Shown piece by piece: positions 25,443-38,641 of a stretch of DNA of 64,000 bases. A program made the translations under genes and the position numbers. Each line of letters begins with the position of its first letter. The stretch's first letter is position 1. The DNA comes from Octopus sinensis (Eukaryota). The notes under the pieces were generated by a model. It ran no database searches. It had not been told where the DNA came from and saw nothing but the letters and a program-made list of their open reading frames with translations. Location: NCBI RefSeq assembly GCF_006345805.1, contig NW_021832126.1, forward strand, positions 310,001 through 374,000, read 5' to 3'.

Positions 25443-26350
25443 TATTATTATTATTAGCACTGTCATAGGAACATAATGTAATTTAAACTAATTAAGTTCC
25501 CACATGTGCCACATATGAGACTATCTTTTCGGTCATAATTTTCCATGATGTGCGGTTGTATGCTATACTCCTGAGAGTATCTAGGTCGTCTCCATTTTTC
25601 AGTTGTCTTTTAACGCGTTGTAGTTCTTTTGAGATTACAATAGGTAATGTATTTCGTGGGCGTCCTCGGGACGCAGATCTTTCGTCCTTTGCGTAATATG
25701 ATTCCATTGCCCAGTTAGCATAAACATCCTGGTCGAGTCTTAGAATGTGGCCCATAGGCGCCAACGTGCTTCGGTAATGTCCACACTGACGGGTCTGCTG
25801 TTGCAGATATTGTATAGGGTGGAGATCTGAGAAAACTAGTGAAGTCTACTTCAATAACTGAAGTGATATATGCCGACGATGTAGACTTTTTGTCTCATGA
25901 TAAGTCGACTCTCGAAGAACTGCTGAACATTGCTCCTCAGGCACTGGAAAAATGGTTCTTAAAAGTGAACATAGAAAAAACCGAATATGTAACAATCAAC
26001 CGGGAGGCAAATAGAACAGACGAAAAATGGCGAAACTCGAAAAAAGTTGGAACTCTTTTAGGAGATAGTGAAGACATATGAGGAGAAAGATGCTATCGAC
26101 TGTTGCACTTAACAAACTGCGGACCACTTGGCTACGAAACCGCGAGGTTGGAACGGCCTTACGTGCCAAATTATACAATGCTTTTATTAAACCCATACTT
26201 TTGTACAACGGAGGAACATGGGGAATATCTGAGTCTGAATCAAAATCTCTTGATGCATTCCATAGAAGACAGTTAAGATTCTTATTGGCATCAACTGGCC
26301 AAAGAAAATCAAGAACTCCACCCTATACAATATCTGCAACAGCAGACCCG
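25443..26350. mobile_element. 5'-inverted RTE-like insertion with TSD
   Basis: TSD TCCATGGGATT at 25432-25442 and 26351-26361; 3' end with (TAA)n tail on the minus strand (25443-25824); RT part (YADD) on the plus strand. Confidence 0.85.
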
Positions 26351-26434
26351 TCCATGGGATTGGCAGTATTTATTAAAGAAATTTTGGCAAAATATACACT
26401 TCCAATGGCAAAATATTAAAGGAATTTTTTCGTA

Positions 26435-26720
26435 TTAACTTTTTTAATCTTGTAGATACAAATGGAGTCGAAAAAATCGAAGTTTTTTCAAACAATTCTG
26501 CGGGATTTTCGGGAGATGTGAAGCTAATACACGAATTAATGTATCATCGATATAAAATACACCCAGTGTTATTTACATCTGGAGTACATTAAAAAATATG
26601 AAAGACAAATCAAGCAAAGTTGTGTGCTTCTTCGACAACAAGCATTTTTGATGATTTTCGTGGATTACGATATAGCCAGAAAGTAGAGACGCCAAAAAAA
26701 GACAAATCAAAGACTTCATT
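26435..26720 (+). pseudogene. Degraded proteasome-beta-like fragment (copy D)
   Basis: TNGVEKIEVFS..AGFSGDVKLI; DNA homologous to 27680-27880. Confidence 0.6.
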
Positions 26721-27540
26721 TTTCTGGATGTCTGCTATTGATTGATTTTAGTTTTATTTGATCCTTTTTTGATTCTTTATTATTTTTAATAGATTTCCTT
26801 TAATAGATAAATCAGAATAAAGATGGAGTAAAAAAAATTCAAAAAGATATAAAAAAAAAAAACATTATAAAATGTCCAAATAATAAGAGATTGACTTTTA
26901 AGGAATAAAATCAAAAAAATGATGAAAATGATAAAATTTCAAATTCTGTAATCAGGAAATGAAAGTTCATAAAGATTTATTCCTTACAAATCAAATTAAA
27001 TAAGAATGTAGAAAAGTACACATAAAATACCAACAAACTAAGTCAACCACATGTATCAACGTGTTAATATTTATTAGGCTTATCTTTAAAAATAGGTTAA
27101 CCATTTGTGTAATGATTTTAATTTAAATAAATATAAATTTTATTTATATTTTTGAGAAGCTTTTCCTACCAATGTCTGTGAGAAATTGAATCACGGTTTA
27201 GCCGACGATTCCTGAAATCTCTAAGAACTTGGAACTCTCTCTCTGGATTGTCAATTTTGTAAAGAACCATGCCTTTACCGACGACCTGAGTATCAGATAA
27301 GTTTGACACCTTTTTAGTGAGGACAGAAGGAATGTGAATATTGTTCATGTCGATCATGTTACTGTTTACTGAAATGTGCGATGAGACACCTGATTTGGCA
27401 TTGGAAATTGACTTGATGTCCCCTTGGTAAATTCATTTGGGTCTTTCGTTGTTTCTGCGTTGAATCATTTATTGGATTGAGAAAAGCTAAAAATCAATGT
27501 TTTAAAAAGAGGGAAGAAATATTTTTTCAACTGTGTGGTT

Positions 27541-28225
27541 ATGGAGGTTTGTTTTCAACTTTTTATTAGTTTAAGTGTGGAACAACAATACTTTAAGTCA
27601 AATACCGTGGAGGAGTCTTGCTTGCTGCAGACTCTAAAAGAACAACAAATTTAAACATAGAAGTAGTTAATGTACTAATTTTTTTAATTCTGTAGATAGA
27701 GATGGAGTCGATAAAATCGAAGTTTTTTCGAAAAATATAATAGCAGGATTTTCGGGAAATGTCAGACTTATAGTACACGGATTTGCGAGGAATTAAGGCA
27801 TCATCGTTATAAAATAGCTTTAGAACTATGCGCTCACCCAGTACCACTGATATCTGGAATACATTTAAAAAATGTAAAAAATCAATGCCGTTTGTGTATT
27901 TAATTTGTTGTTATATTTTAGAAAATCCTTTTTGTGGAGACAGTGTAGGGAGCTGTCATCCGTGTTACATATTCCTGCCATAATTCAGTCAAAAATGATG
28001 TTTTTTCTATCGGATCTGTCAAAAAATATGTTTACCAGTACAAATCATTGTATATATTTTTAATAATCAATATTTTAGATTTTGCAAGAATAAAAATCGC
28101 TCTTTCAGGAATGCGCTATCTCTGGCACACAATTGTCTGGAGTTCGCCTCTTGGAAGAGCACAAGTACTGGAGGGAATTCAAATAGCAAGAAAGTATTTT
28201 TTAACTATTTAGTCTGGTCTATAAC
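27541..28225 (+). pseudogene. Near-complete proteasome-beta-like pseudogene (copy E)
   Basis: ME|FKCG-TTIL*VKYRGGVLLAADSKRT...DGVDKIEVFSKNIIAGFSGNV...VFSIGS...ALSLAHNCLEFASWKSTSTGG; premature TAA at 27594-27596 plus frame breaks. Confidence 0.8.
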
Positions 28226-29365
28226 GAAAAAGGGCTGTGTCTTTAAGGGTTAGAATTGAGAGAGTTGACAGAATTGAGAGATTATTCAAAATTGAGTTGA
28301 AAATTGATTCTTGAAAACAAAAAACTCTAGAAACCGAAACCTTTGATGCAAGGGTGTCAAACGAATTTTGTGCCTCTTTTTAAATAAATATTTTTCCTTT
28401 CTTTCGTTACAGTTGAAAGTTAGCGGCAAGATGAAACATATTTGCGGTGAATGGTGATCAAAAAACACTCATTTCTTTTTCAAGTTCACTGAAAATTTCA
28501 AAAAGTGTCTCAAATTGTCAAATCAGCATTGTCTCAATATCAGCATTCGATGTGGGGGAAATTACACTTTTTAAGCACGAAAAATATTTAATGTTTCGAA
28601 CTGTCAATCTTGTTTGCCGTAGTGGATTGAATATTTCATTTGGTGTAATGATGTTTATTATAGGTAACAAATCAAGGAATGCCTTGGGGAAGCTTTTCTA
28701 ACGAGCCTGCCACAATGAATGCATCTGCCACGGTCTTCACCTCTGAATACAGATTTTGGAAAAGTCTGGTCTACTTTGTCAATTGTATTCTATATTTAGC
28801 ATTTTCAAAGAAATTTGATCCATATAGGAAAGGAACTTTCGAATTTTTGTATTAAAAGGCATCCTTGAATTTTCATCGAATTATCTTAATGGGTAAGTTC
28901 CCACTACACTAATTATGTGTGCTAAAATTTAACAGCTAATGAGAGTCATTAAAGACTCAGATTAATCTGTTCATGTATACATTCCGTTTGATGTTTGCTC
29001 AACTCTTCACATTAAACTAGAAAAATGATGACAATTAAATAGTAAATAAATATCCTGCTTTTAAGATGAACAACAAAGCCGTTTAATTCAAAAAATCATA
29101 TTACAGAAGCTTAAACCACTACGTGCAATGACTACATCAATGTGAAGGTTTTATATATAATTATCGGAATAAATGGTTTCGGGCAAATGTAAGTTTATCA
29201 CCTTCCCAGGAATATTTGATAAATTCTGATGATTCAAGAATCTAGCAGCATGCACAATTGAATAATCCACTCATCTGTCCAGTAAATATTCATGTTGATT
29301 ATCACTAGTTAATGTACTCTTTCTGTCCATATATGACTCTCAATGATACATTTGAATAGGTAAGG

Positions 29366-30010
29366 TTAAGCCATATTCAGCCGATTCCGGCCATTGGCGA
29401 TTCTGTAAGACAAGTCCCTCCACGAAACTCTATCCCCCACCAGCTCTGCTATTTCCGACAAATGATGTCCGGTAAGTTTCACTACTTCAGATGTCCAGTT
29501 TAGTTTCGGTCTGCCCTGCTTCCTTTTTCCAGCGAACGAAGACAGCAGGATTTCTTTTCCTATACCATTCTCCCGAAGCACGTGCCCCAAATATGATAAT
29601 TGTTGCTTCCAAACTTTCGCCACAAGCGACAATGTAGGTTTAATCCTTTCGAGAACAACGACATTTGACACTTTGTCGTACCAATTTATGTTCAAGAGTT
29701 TGCGCCAGCACCATAATTCCAGTGAGTCCACTCTTTTGCTGTGAGCTTTGGACAGTGTCCAAGATTCACAGCCATAGAGAAAAACGGGAAACACAATCGC
29801 GTTGACTAGTCTTATCTTTGTCTTGAGAGAAACATCCTTGCTACTCCAGATCCGATTCAGTTTTATCATCTTACTCTTGCGCATAGCCATCCGTCTATTA
29901 ATTTCTGAGACACAACTACCATCTCTGGTTATCAGACTTCCAAGAAAAATATAACTTTCAACACATTCTATTTCTTCGTCGTCGACGATGATACTAATTT
30001 TTCCAGATAG
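29366..30010 (-). mobile_element. RTE/BovB-like LINE 3' fragment
   Basis: YIFLGS, TKIRLVNAIVFPVFLYGCESWT, ELWCWRKLL, YLGHVLR, GRPKLNW. Confidence 0.85.
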
Positions 30011-30552
30011 TGAAGTTGTCATTATTTTGGTTTTTTCTTATTTCCCGGCAAAACACCCCCGAGATCCCCACGTGTGTAGATCCAATTGACCTGATTTTTT
30101 CAGACATAAGTTTAAATATGATAGTAAATTGTATTAGCCTGTTCAACCTCTTTTTGGACCTTCGTCCATGCCAAACCAAAGCCTTTTTGACAAACACGTG
30201 TCTCAATGAAGGAAATTCGTTCGAATATGTATTTAAAATTAACTATTTAATTTAAAACATATTTAATGGTGCTAGGTTTGAACAATTAGTTTGTTGACAT
30301 TCTTATGTGCCTCCGATATGCGAGATCTCTTCGACGGCCTAATTGTTCTAAAACTTTACAAACTAAAAGCTCGTTTTTACATATTTTTTAAAAATCAAAT
30401 CTAAATTCTATATAAAAGTAATCCGAGCGAGTTAAGATCATAGAGTTTTTATAACACTAAAGGAAATTTGGTGAATAAAATTTTAACAAATAAAAAAAAT
30501 TAAAGATTTATTTAAAAAACGAATAATTGTTATGTCAGCAGATAACAAAATT

Positions 30553-31190
30553 TCACCGCAAAACACTAAGTTTTCCTCGGCGAATTGTGTCGAAGGCTCT
30601 TGACATGTCGATCCCTAGAATTGTAGTCGCACTCTCGAATCTTTGGCAAGTAGCGCAACGCCACCTGTGTCCCCAGACCACATCAGCAGTAGATCTACCC
30701 GTCCTGAACCCACTGTGGTTCGGAGACAGGAATTCGTTCGCAGGCTCTTGTATACGGTCTAGCACCACGAGAGCAAGGACCTTTCTCAGCGTATTGAGTA
30801 GAATGACTGGTCGCAGGTTATCCACAGGGCCCATCTTCTTAATCGGAATTCCTTTGCCCAAAGGAAGAAGGTCATTGGTTGTAAACATTTTGTTTAGTAC
30901 TTTGGCCATGATTTCCATCAGTGTTTTAGGACCGTATTTCAGTAACTCAGCACTTATACCGTCCGGTCCCGGAGAGCGATTACTTTTCAGTCTATTCGTT
31001 GCTTTCACAACTTCTTCCACCGTGATTTCATTTACCAGGTTTGCCGGATTCGTAGTGATTAGGTCCACCTTTTCCCCGTCAACATTAAAGAGTCGCTCAA
31101 AATGAGTAGCAATAAGTTCTGCTTGTTCCGTAGCATCAAAGATCATATTTCCGTTGTTGTCCTCGATTTTTAGATCATATTTCCGACGTT
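30553..31190 (-). mobile_element. RTE-like LINE internal fragment
   Basis: SPGPDGI, NLRPVILLN, SGFRTGRST, DMSRAFDTI; same family as 17850-20200. Confidence 0.85.
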
Positions 31191-31399
31191 GTCTGTTTTT
31201 TTATTAAATTACAAAAAAGTCTAATCGTCCAATTTTCATCAATTCTTTTTTTTCACAAAAATTGTCGATAATGCTTGTCCGAATCTTGCGATCTTCGGCC
31301 AGCCTCAAAACGTGTCCATGGTCGACACCGGACAGAGCGAGAACGTGTCCGAGCAAGTGGAGTCCCAAATAAGCGATTTCCCCTGCTAGTAGGAAAAAG

Positions 31400-31915
31400 T
31401 GGTTATGCCGTCTTCTCTATCCAACCCAATCGACTCGAGGATTGACGGGACACCCAGGAAAGCAAAGGCTCTCTGAATGATTGCGTTGAGTTCACTGTGG
31501 CGAGAGGCACAACCGGCACTCCGACGGCAAGCGAGCGGGTGCAAACCGTACTCGTCAACAGTTCCTTAAAGCGGCATTTGTGCGCTTGAAAAATCTTCAG
31601 TCCGACACGGAAGAAGACTGCGATTCTTAAGCAATCGCTTTCCACCTGATTCCGATTGAAGGGAAAGGGAAAATCTTTAACCAAGCACCGCTGTTTTGGC
31701 AGCGACCTGCACGTAAGCATGCAAGTCGGTGTTGGTTGAAGACGGAGGCCAGGGCTTCGCAAGTCGCCTGACAAGAGATCTGCCGCTGAATAGATGGAGA
31801 ATTGGGCAGCCTCGGACCAAACCGGGCAGCCAAGAATCTTCAGTCTGAGAGAGAATGGGAAGCAGAGTGAGCGGATAGGAATGCCGGAAGGACCAGCAAA
31901 GGGTCAAACACCTGC
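31400..31915 (-). mobile_element. Degraded CRE-like fragment
   Basis: QHRLACL..NSGAWL..LRIAV..RVGL..HKC. Confidence 0.65.
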
Positions 31916-32023
31916 AAAAAATTTAAGTTGACAGATAATTCTCCTGTAGATGAGTGAGGTGTTTAATTGTACAAAACACGACCTTTCTTATGTATTTTAT
32001 CCGCTCTTTGTTGTCATACAAAA

Positions 32024-32684
32024 TTATAATCTTTTAAAGGCTCCTACTTGTTGGACACAAAACTCTTCACATATTTTTGCCACATAAAAATGTTTGAATT
32101 CTGTACAGCTGTCTAATTGGAGAAACTTGCAGGGACCAAGATCCATAAAAATGTCATTTAAACTAGTCGCCACGTCTACTTTTATTTTCAAGATTCCTTG
32201 TAAACGCATATGATGAATATACGTCTATTGTAGACACTCATTTTTAAATCTACAAAATGAGCTAATTTTATACAGTTTAAAATCAATTAAATTTACTTGA
32301 AACCTTTCATTAGGTAAATCAGCGACAATATTAATTGAATCATCATATTGTTTTAGTGGAACTGAAAATTTGCACATATTGCATTATTTAACAACTTGCG
32401 AATGATCAGTCTTTTCAATATGAACAATCTTCGTCTACATAAGGCCTCATGAATCTCACGTGCAATTATTTTCATCTCTTCTAAGCTCGTGGAAGCAATT
32501 ACGAGCTTGGTAAGCCGTTTATATTTTTAGGATATAGTTTCCCCTCTCTAATTAGGAATTTTTCTGCATTCTTTTTGATTCGATACTTCTTGTATTTTGG
32601 AAGATCGACTTTTCCATTATTGATTATAGATCTCAGGAAATTATATTCATCTTGATCTTTTACAAACAAACGCTGGACCGACAT
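32024..32684 (-). mobile_element. Degraded Ginger-like integrase fragment
   Basis: RIKKNAEKF, ERFQVNLID, IFMDLGPCKFLQLDSCTEFK; parallels the 8518-10500 element. Confidence 0.65.
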
Positions 32685-33414
32685 GACAAAGTAAAGACAA
32701 AGTTATGCTTGCGTGGATAATATTTTATCTGGGTGAGTACAGTATGCCGGCAAAAAATTATTTACATCTTTTATGAAATAATGCTTTTTTATATTCATCA
32801 ATTAAACTGACAGGCGATTGACAAATTGATGATAAGTCGCTTGCTGGGCTCGCAACAGAAAACAACAATTAAATACTGCAACCTTAGTTAAATTTTGTTT
32901 TTAAATGTCGATATTTATGTGCGTCATTAATGGAAATACGATAATCTAAACCGACCTGAGAGAATACCGCAAAATATATTCATACGAAATTTTGATGAAA
33001 AATACTTCTATCCTAATATTCTAAGTAATAATTTTCGAAAAGAGTAAACAAATTTTGCTAGTAATGTCCAGATTGAACTGGGGCTCGATTTGTTTAAAAA
33101 TAGAAAATTCACAATTTGGTTAAAAATAACTTAAGACCGGTTATAGACCGCAAAAATATTTCTTTGATCAATTTAATTGTGTTTTCATTAGCTGTTTTTT
33201 GATTAAAAATAAATATAACAAAGTGATTTATGATATATTTTTAACACTCAATGAATAAATAAATTTTAATTTGTTTTTATTATATCAAAATTAATATAAA
33301 AGATCAAATGTAGTAATTTTTTTCTAGTGGTAAACAAGAATTTAACTACATTATTAATGACATTGAAAACTATCTCACATTAGTTGATATTTAATAAGTA
33401 TATTCTAGTTTTGT

Positions 33415-36182
33415 ATGGCTGAAGCATACAATTTGGTCGGAGTGAGCTTCGAGATTACCCCTGACGGGTTCGACTGGAAATTCAACTTTAACGTTTTCGG
33501 ACAAATATTTCGTTCCATCCTCAGATCATGGAAGCGCAGATATGGTCGCTTTAAGGTGATAAATTTTACTTTTAAACGATTGACGTCATCTTGTCAGTTT
33601 ATTGTAGTATAGAATCGGCTAATAAACAACGTCTATCCACTCTCGTATAAATCTCTGCTCGTCTGTGTTAGTTTATCGAGTCTGACTTTCCTGTTGAAAG
33701 TTCCAAAGCTTTATTCGCTGCAAAAAAGTGTGGCGCAAATACTGAAAAAGTAAATTTTTTCATTTCAGCTCAAGGTTTCTATGGATGGAAGACACTGGGG
33801 TGTTCATAATATGTCTCAACGGTCTCCTCTTGTGGATTGTTAATATATTTATCTTCAAATACAGCCTCCGTGCTCTGCTTAAATACCAAGGATGGGTATT
33901 CGAAGAACGAAAAAACATTACATGGCGAACCAAAATATGGATGGCATTTAATTTTCCTAATTAATTAAATAGTTTACATTAACTTGGTTTGTCGGAGATA
34001 AGAATTTGAGGAGCTACCAGTCCTGCCTCCCTCGACTTCCTCTTCCAAGACTAGAGGACACAGTCAGTCGGGTACATTAGGAAGGTCATTTTAGTATCTG
34101 GAATCTGCAAAGTGCATATACCAGAATGAGCAGTTGGAGGAACTGAGGACTAATGCCTCCAGGTTTCTTACAACCCTGGGACCAAAACTGCAAAAATATC
34201 TCATACTCAAATCATGGTGGGCTTCAAATTATGTTTTGTTTGTTTTTTCAATTTCAAGGTCTCCGATTGGTGGGAAGAGTTTATTTACTTGGTCGACAGG
34301 TCTTCCATCGTAATAAACAGCAATTACTACAGTCTGGGGTTGGCAGGCTACTCGAGGACCATGTCTTGTCGTCAGGCATCACGTGCCGCTGGGTTTGTCT
34401 CAAGTTTATTGGCTTTTCGTCGAAGCATTAACACCGAGAATCTCAAGCCTGTATTCTACGTTTTTTGACTTACAGTTGATGGTTTCGAAATCAGTTCCAC
34501 TTTGCACGGGTCAGTATGACAGGTTGTTTAACACTTCCCGAATTGCCTATACACTCAAGGGTCAAAAAAAGCCTCATTTGTAGATAAGTTGGAACATTAT
34601 GACGTGAGTAATCACATTACCGTCTATCACAAAGGAAAGTACTTCAAAGTCTATATTTATTGCGATTCACAACTGGCCAGTCCCTCAGAACTGGAAAGGT
34701 TTTAGCATTTTAATGGTTTTTAGAGTCTTTGACATTATCATCAACGATACTTCCCAGCCAATGGAAGGAGAGGAGTTTTTCGGAGTTGTTACTGCTGTCG
34801 ACCGAGAGACCTCAGCCTCTCTTAGAGGGGAACATTTCTCGGAAGGAGTAAACAAGGATTCGATTCAAGCCGTTGACAGAGTAATTTTTATTCTCTATCA
34901 CAGGCTGCTTTTCATTTGGTTCTTGAGGACTTCCCTGCAGAGTTGGAAGTGGACTCGGACAGTGAACAACTCAGTCACATCTCCAAACGTCTATTTCATG
35001 GAAAAGGATACGACCGGTGGTTTGAAAAGTCCTTTAACCTCGTCGTCTTCTCGGACGGACATGTTGGTTATACTCCTCACTGTGTTTAGGTTGCAACCAT
35101 AGCGGAACACTCCTGGTAAAGTTAACATGATTGTCTTAGGGGGGACGCCCTTGTTTTATCTCACATGGTTGAAATGACCACTTTGTACGAAATACAAAAT
35201 ATTCGGTTAGTTTATTGATCATAGAATAAACAGATATCAAGAAAACGGTAGGATCGTTTGTACAAACTTGTCCAATTGTTCTTTAATAGATCCTATCAGA
35301 CTGACATTTGACTTTGACGATGATGTAAGGAGAAATGACTCAGCTGTAGTTCGTCAAAGTTTTGGCCGATCATTCAAAGAGAATGTTGTCGGAGGTGGAG
35401 AATTTAGATCTTCGAGTTTTCCATTTTAGTCAGTTCGGAAAAGGTTTTGGCCGAGTAAATAAACTGAGCACGGATTCCCTGATTCAGCTGGCTCTACAAC
35501 TTGCCTACTATAGGGTTAGCTGCTCTAGGCCACGTTAGGAGACGGAATCATTTGTTAATACTTACGAATCGGCCAGTACAAGATTTTTTCTAGAAGGACG
35601 AACTGAAACTATTCGCTCATGTACGGCCGAATCCTGTAGATTCGTTAGAGCTTTGGTGGACGAGACTGATTCTGTACAGTTATCTAGAGTATTCCTAGAA
35701 TGAAAGTCTAAAAAAACTGGCATATGAAGCAATAAACTCACATCAACGAGTTACCAAAATGGCTTGCACTGGAATGGGGATTGACCGTCATTTATTCGCT
35801 CTTTTCATTGTTTCGAGATTTTTGGTGGAAAAGTCGGAATTTTTGGAATGCGTTCTTCAAGAGACATGGGGAATGTCTACTAGTCAAGTAAAACACTTAT
35901 CTTTTGTCACAATCAGACTCCAGTTTCTCAGACTTCTGATCCCGCGTTTTTGCACCTGACAAAGACTGCATTTGGTGGAGGGTTTGGACCGACTTGCTCC
36001 CGTGGATACGGAATTGCTTATTTCCCAGACGAGGACAGTATTTCGTTCCACGTATCGTGTTTAAAGGATTCTGAATGTCGGGTTTTTTCGATTTAAATCA
36101 CGCTTAGAATTCTACAATATTCGGAGAAAGAATACATACTGCATTGATAGATATCGCACAAGTAATTCAACAGGACATATAA
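33415..36182 (+). CDS. CPT1: Carnitine O-palmitoyltransferase 1, ~15 micro-introns
   Basis: [30 protein letters not shown]|[19 protein letters not shown], catalytic [44 protein letters not shown]. Confidence 0.95.
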
Positions 36183-36482
36183 TCTAACCTCTTTAATCAA
36201 AACTATAATTTAAATTTGAACAATTATGTTAATTGGCACTATTCTAATGATCTTAAAATGATACAAATTACTTAGTTCTTTTTATTAACAATTCATGAGG
36301 CCAAAAGATTAATTGGCCGGAACCCTTTACCAACACCCTAAAAGCAGTTAACATAAAAAGGCAACAAAAAATGGTGAAGACAGCCTCTATTCATGCGAGT
36401 TCCCTATACGAACTTTTGTTTAACTACCTCAAAAATTGTCCCCGTTTCGAGCTATCGACATGCCCTTTCTGGAGAACCGTCT

Positions 36483-37721
36483 AAAGAGCATTCTTTGGAC
36501 CTAAAACAACGAGTTGTATCTGCCCACCAAAACGGTAAAAGTTATGGAGAGATTTCTAAATTGTTGATATTACCAAAAAGTACTGTTCGAAATATTATTA
36601 CTCGATGGAAGCAACGCGGAACTGTTATTACTAAACCAAGATCGGGTGCTCCAAAAAAGATATCTCTGCGTTCTTCTTCATTAATGAAAAGATTAGTTAC
36701 TTCAAACCCAAAAATAACTCGAAAAGAATTGGCCGATAATTTAAAAATCACAGGAACGTCAGTGTCCCTTCGTACAATCACTTCTACACTACGCAAAAAA
36801 GGTATCAATAAGCGAAGGCCCCGTCGAGTTCCGTTATTAAAGAAAATACACCTTTCAGCGCGAATCCAATATGCAAAAAATCTTTTGAACAAAGAAAATG
36901 AATTCATAAACAATATTTTGTGGTCGGACGAATCAAAAATACAATTTTTCGGACTGAACTACACGCTTTCAATTTGGCGCAAATCAAATCAGGCGTATAT
37001 CCCAAAATGCACCATACCTACCGTAAAGCACGGGGGAGGTAGTATCATGTTATGGGGTTGTTTTTCATCAACAGGTGTTGGTGAACTATTTGTAATTGAT
37101 GGAATGATGAATTCTCTTAAATATTGCGAAATTTTGGAAAAATGTCTTTTACCTTCGGTCGCGAACTTAAATTTGACACAACATTGGACATTCCAGCATG
37201 ACAACGATCCTAAGCACAAGTCAAAAGTAACCGTTAAATGTTTAGAAAAAACAAAATAAATGTTTTGGAATGGCCAAGTCGATCGCCAGACCTGAATCCC
37301 ATCGAAAACTTATGGAAAATATTAAAAATAAAAGTTGGCTTAAGAAAACCAAAAAATATCCAAAAATTAAAAACAATTTGCTACGAAGAATTGAAAAATA
37401 TTTCTAACGTAGAATGTCAAAAACTAATTTTTTCTTACAAAAAACGATTGGAAGCAGTTCTGCTAGCAAAAGGGAATGCAACTAAATATTAATTGGATTT
37501 CGTGCCATTACTTTTTTTCCTCAAAAAATTGACTTTTAAAAATAAATCGTTAATTAGTGCACTATTAATAATTCCCTTTAAGATAGTTTTTTTAATAATT
37601 TATCTAAAAAGTTCTATATTACTAATTTATTTTTTAAGTAATGTATTTAATAATTTTTTTGCAAAGAATTGTTAAATTTAGTCAAAATTTGCAAAGGTGT
37701 CATGACTTTTTTGCCCCACTG
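36483..37721 (+). mobile_element. Tc1 family 1 copy, left end missing
   Basis: Near-identical to 24200-25146; WSDESK, FQHDNDPKH, SPDLNPIE; right TIR followed by TA; one frameshift in the A-run near 37246-37251. Confidence 0.92.
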
Positions 37722-37918
37722 TAGACCTGTCTGTTTTATGATGGCAACCCAAACATAATAAATATTTCCCACGTGACTACTACCACCAGGTGGTGATTTA
37801 AAGAGTATGGCCTTGCCCTGACGAGTATTTGAGGGACTTGGTGACTCAGACAGGGGGAATCAGACCCTTTCCTGATAAATTGACTAGTAAAGAGATAGAT
37901 GGCAATAAATAAGAGCAA

Positions 37919-38558
37919 TCACGTGTTTGCAAGCCAAGAAAAGGCTTTGAGAGAACTAGCAGACTTATCCCCATAGTCGAATACAAACTCCTCTCCCTTA
38001 TGGACATCCTTGCACGTCCAGAGAGTGATCCTCGGGACTCCACCCACGACCATCAGTCGACTTTTACAGTTTGGGTTGATTCGCGAATGGTTAACCAGTC
38101 TGCCAATTCTCCCGCTCTCCTCAGTAGAATCAATACTACAAATTAAATAAATATTGTACCAATAATGACGATTATTATATTCAAAATAAAATAAATAGCA
38201 GTCTTTGTTGTCTTGTTCGTAGATTTTTTCACGTTTTTTGGCGATTGAGGCATTGATGAGTTCTCCGATGTATTCCACCACGAATTGTCCGCTGGGGAAA
38301 TCTCGGTCAGCCACGACACCACGTCCTTTGATGGGGAATGATTTAATAGAAAGGTCTTCCTCTCTTTGTTCGAGGATTTTAGATTCGAGTTTTTTGTGTT
38401 CGATGACATTTTGTTTTTTCTCGATTAAACGCTTGCTTTTTCGAGGAGACCAGTAATCTGTAAGCTTTTTGGTTTTACTTGATGGTTTCTTTCTATTTTA
38501 AAATATATCATTCAATATAATACGCCTGTTGGTTTCTACGCTTTCGGGAGTCCAGCAT
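37919..38558 (-). CDS. KMT5A: H4K20 monomethyltransferase PR-Set7/SETD8
   Basis: PIP-degron-like KLTDYWSPRKSKR, KGRGVVA, FVVEYIGELI, CYLFYF, GRLVNHS, FDYGDKS..AFSWL; two micro-introns. Confidence 0.9.
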
Positions 38559-38641
38559 ACAAGACAAGAAACTACTTGTAGTTTTATTTATAAAAATAAC
38601 AAAACCCAAAAAATAATAAATAAATAAAAAACATTTAAAAA

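Noticed and set aside
28230-29340. Coding-like degenerate sequence (similar stretches at 10750-11260, 40560-41450, 45850-46680)
   Set aside because: Many stops and only weak transposase-like hints; no family can be supported.
35062-35102. Apparent 4-nt insertion near the CPT1 catalytic His
   Set aside because: Using the upstream GT donor gives in-frame GH|VATIAEHSW with normal spacing.
36393-36482. N-terminally extended or domesticated Tc1 transposase ORF
   Set aside because: Chance read-through from flanking DNA into a left-truncated copy.
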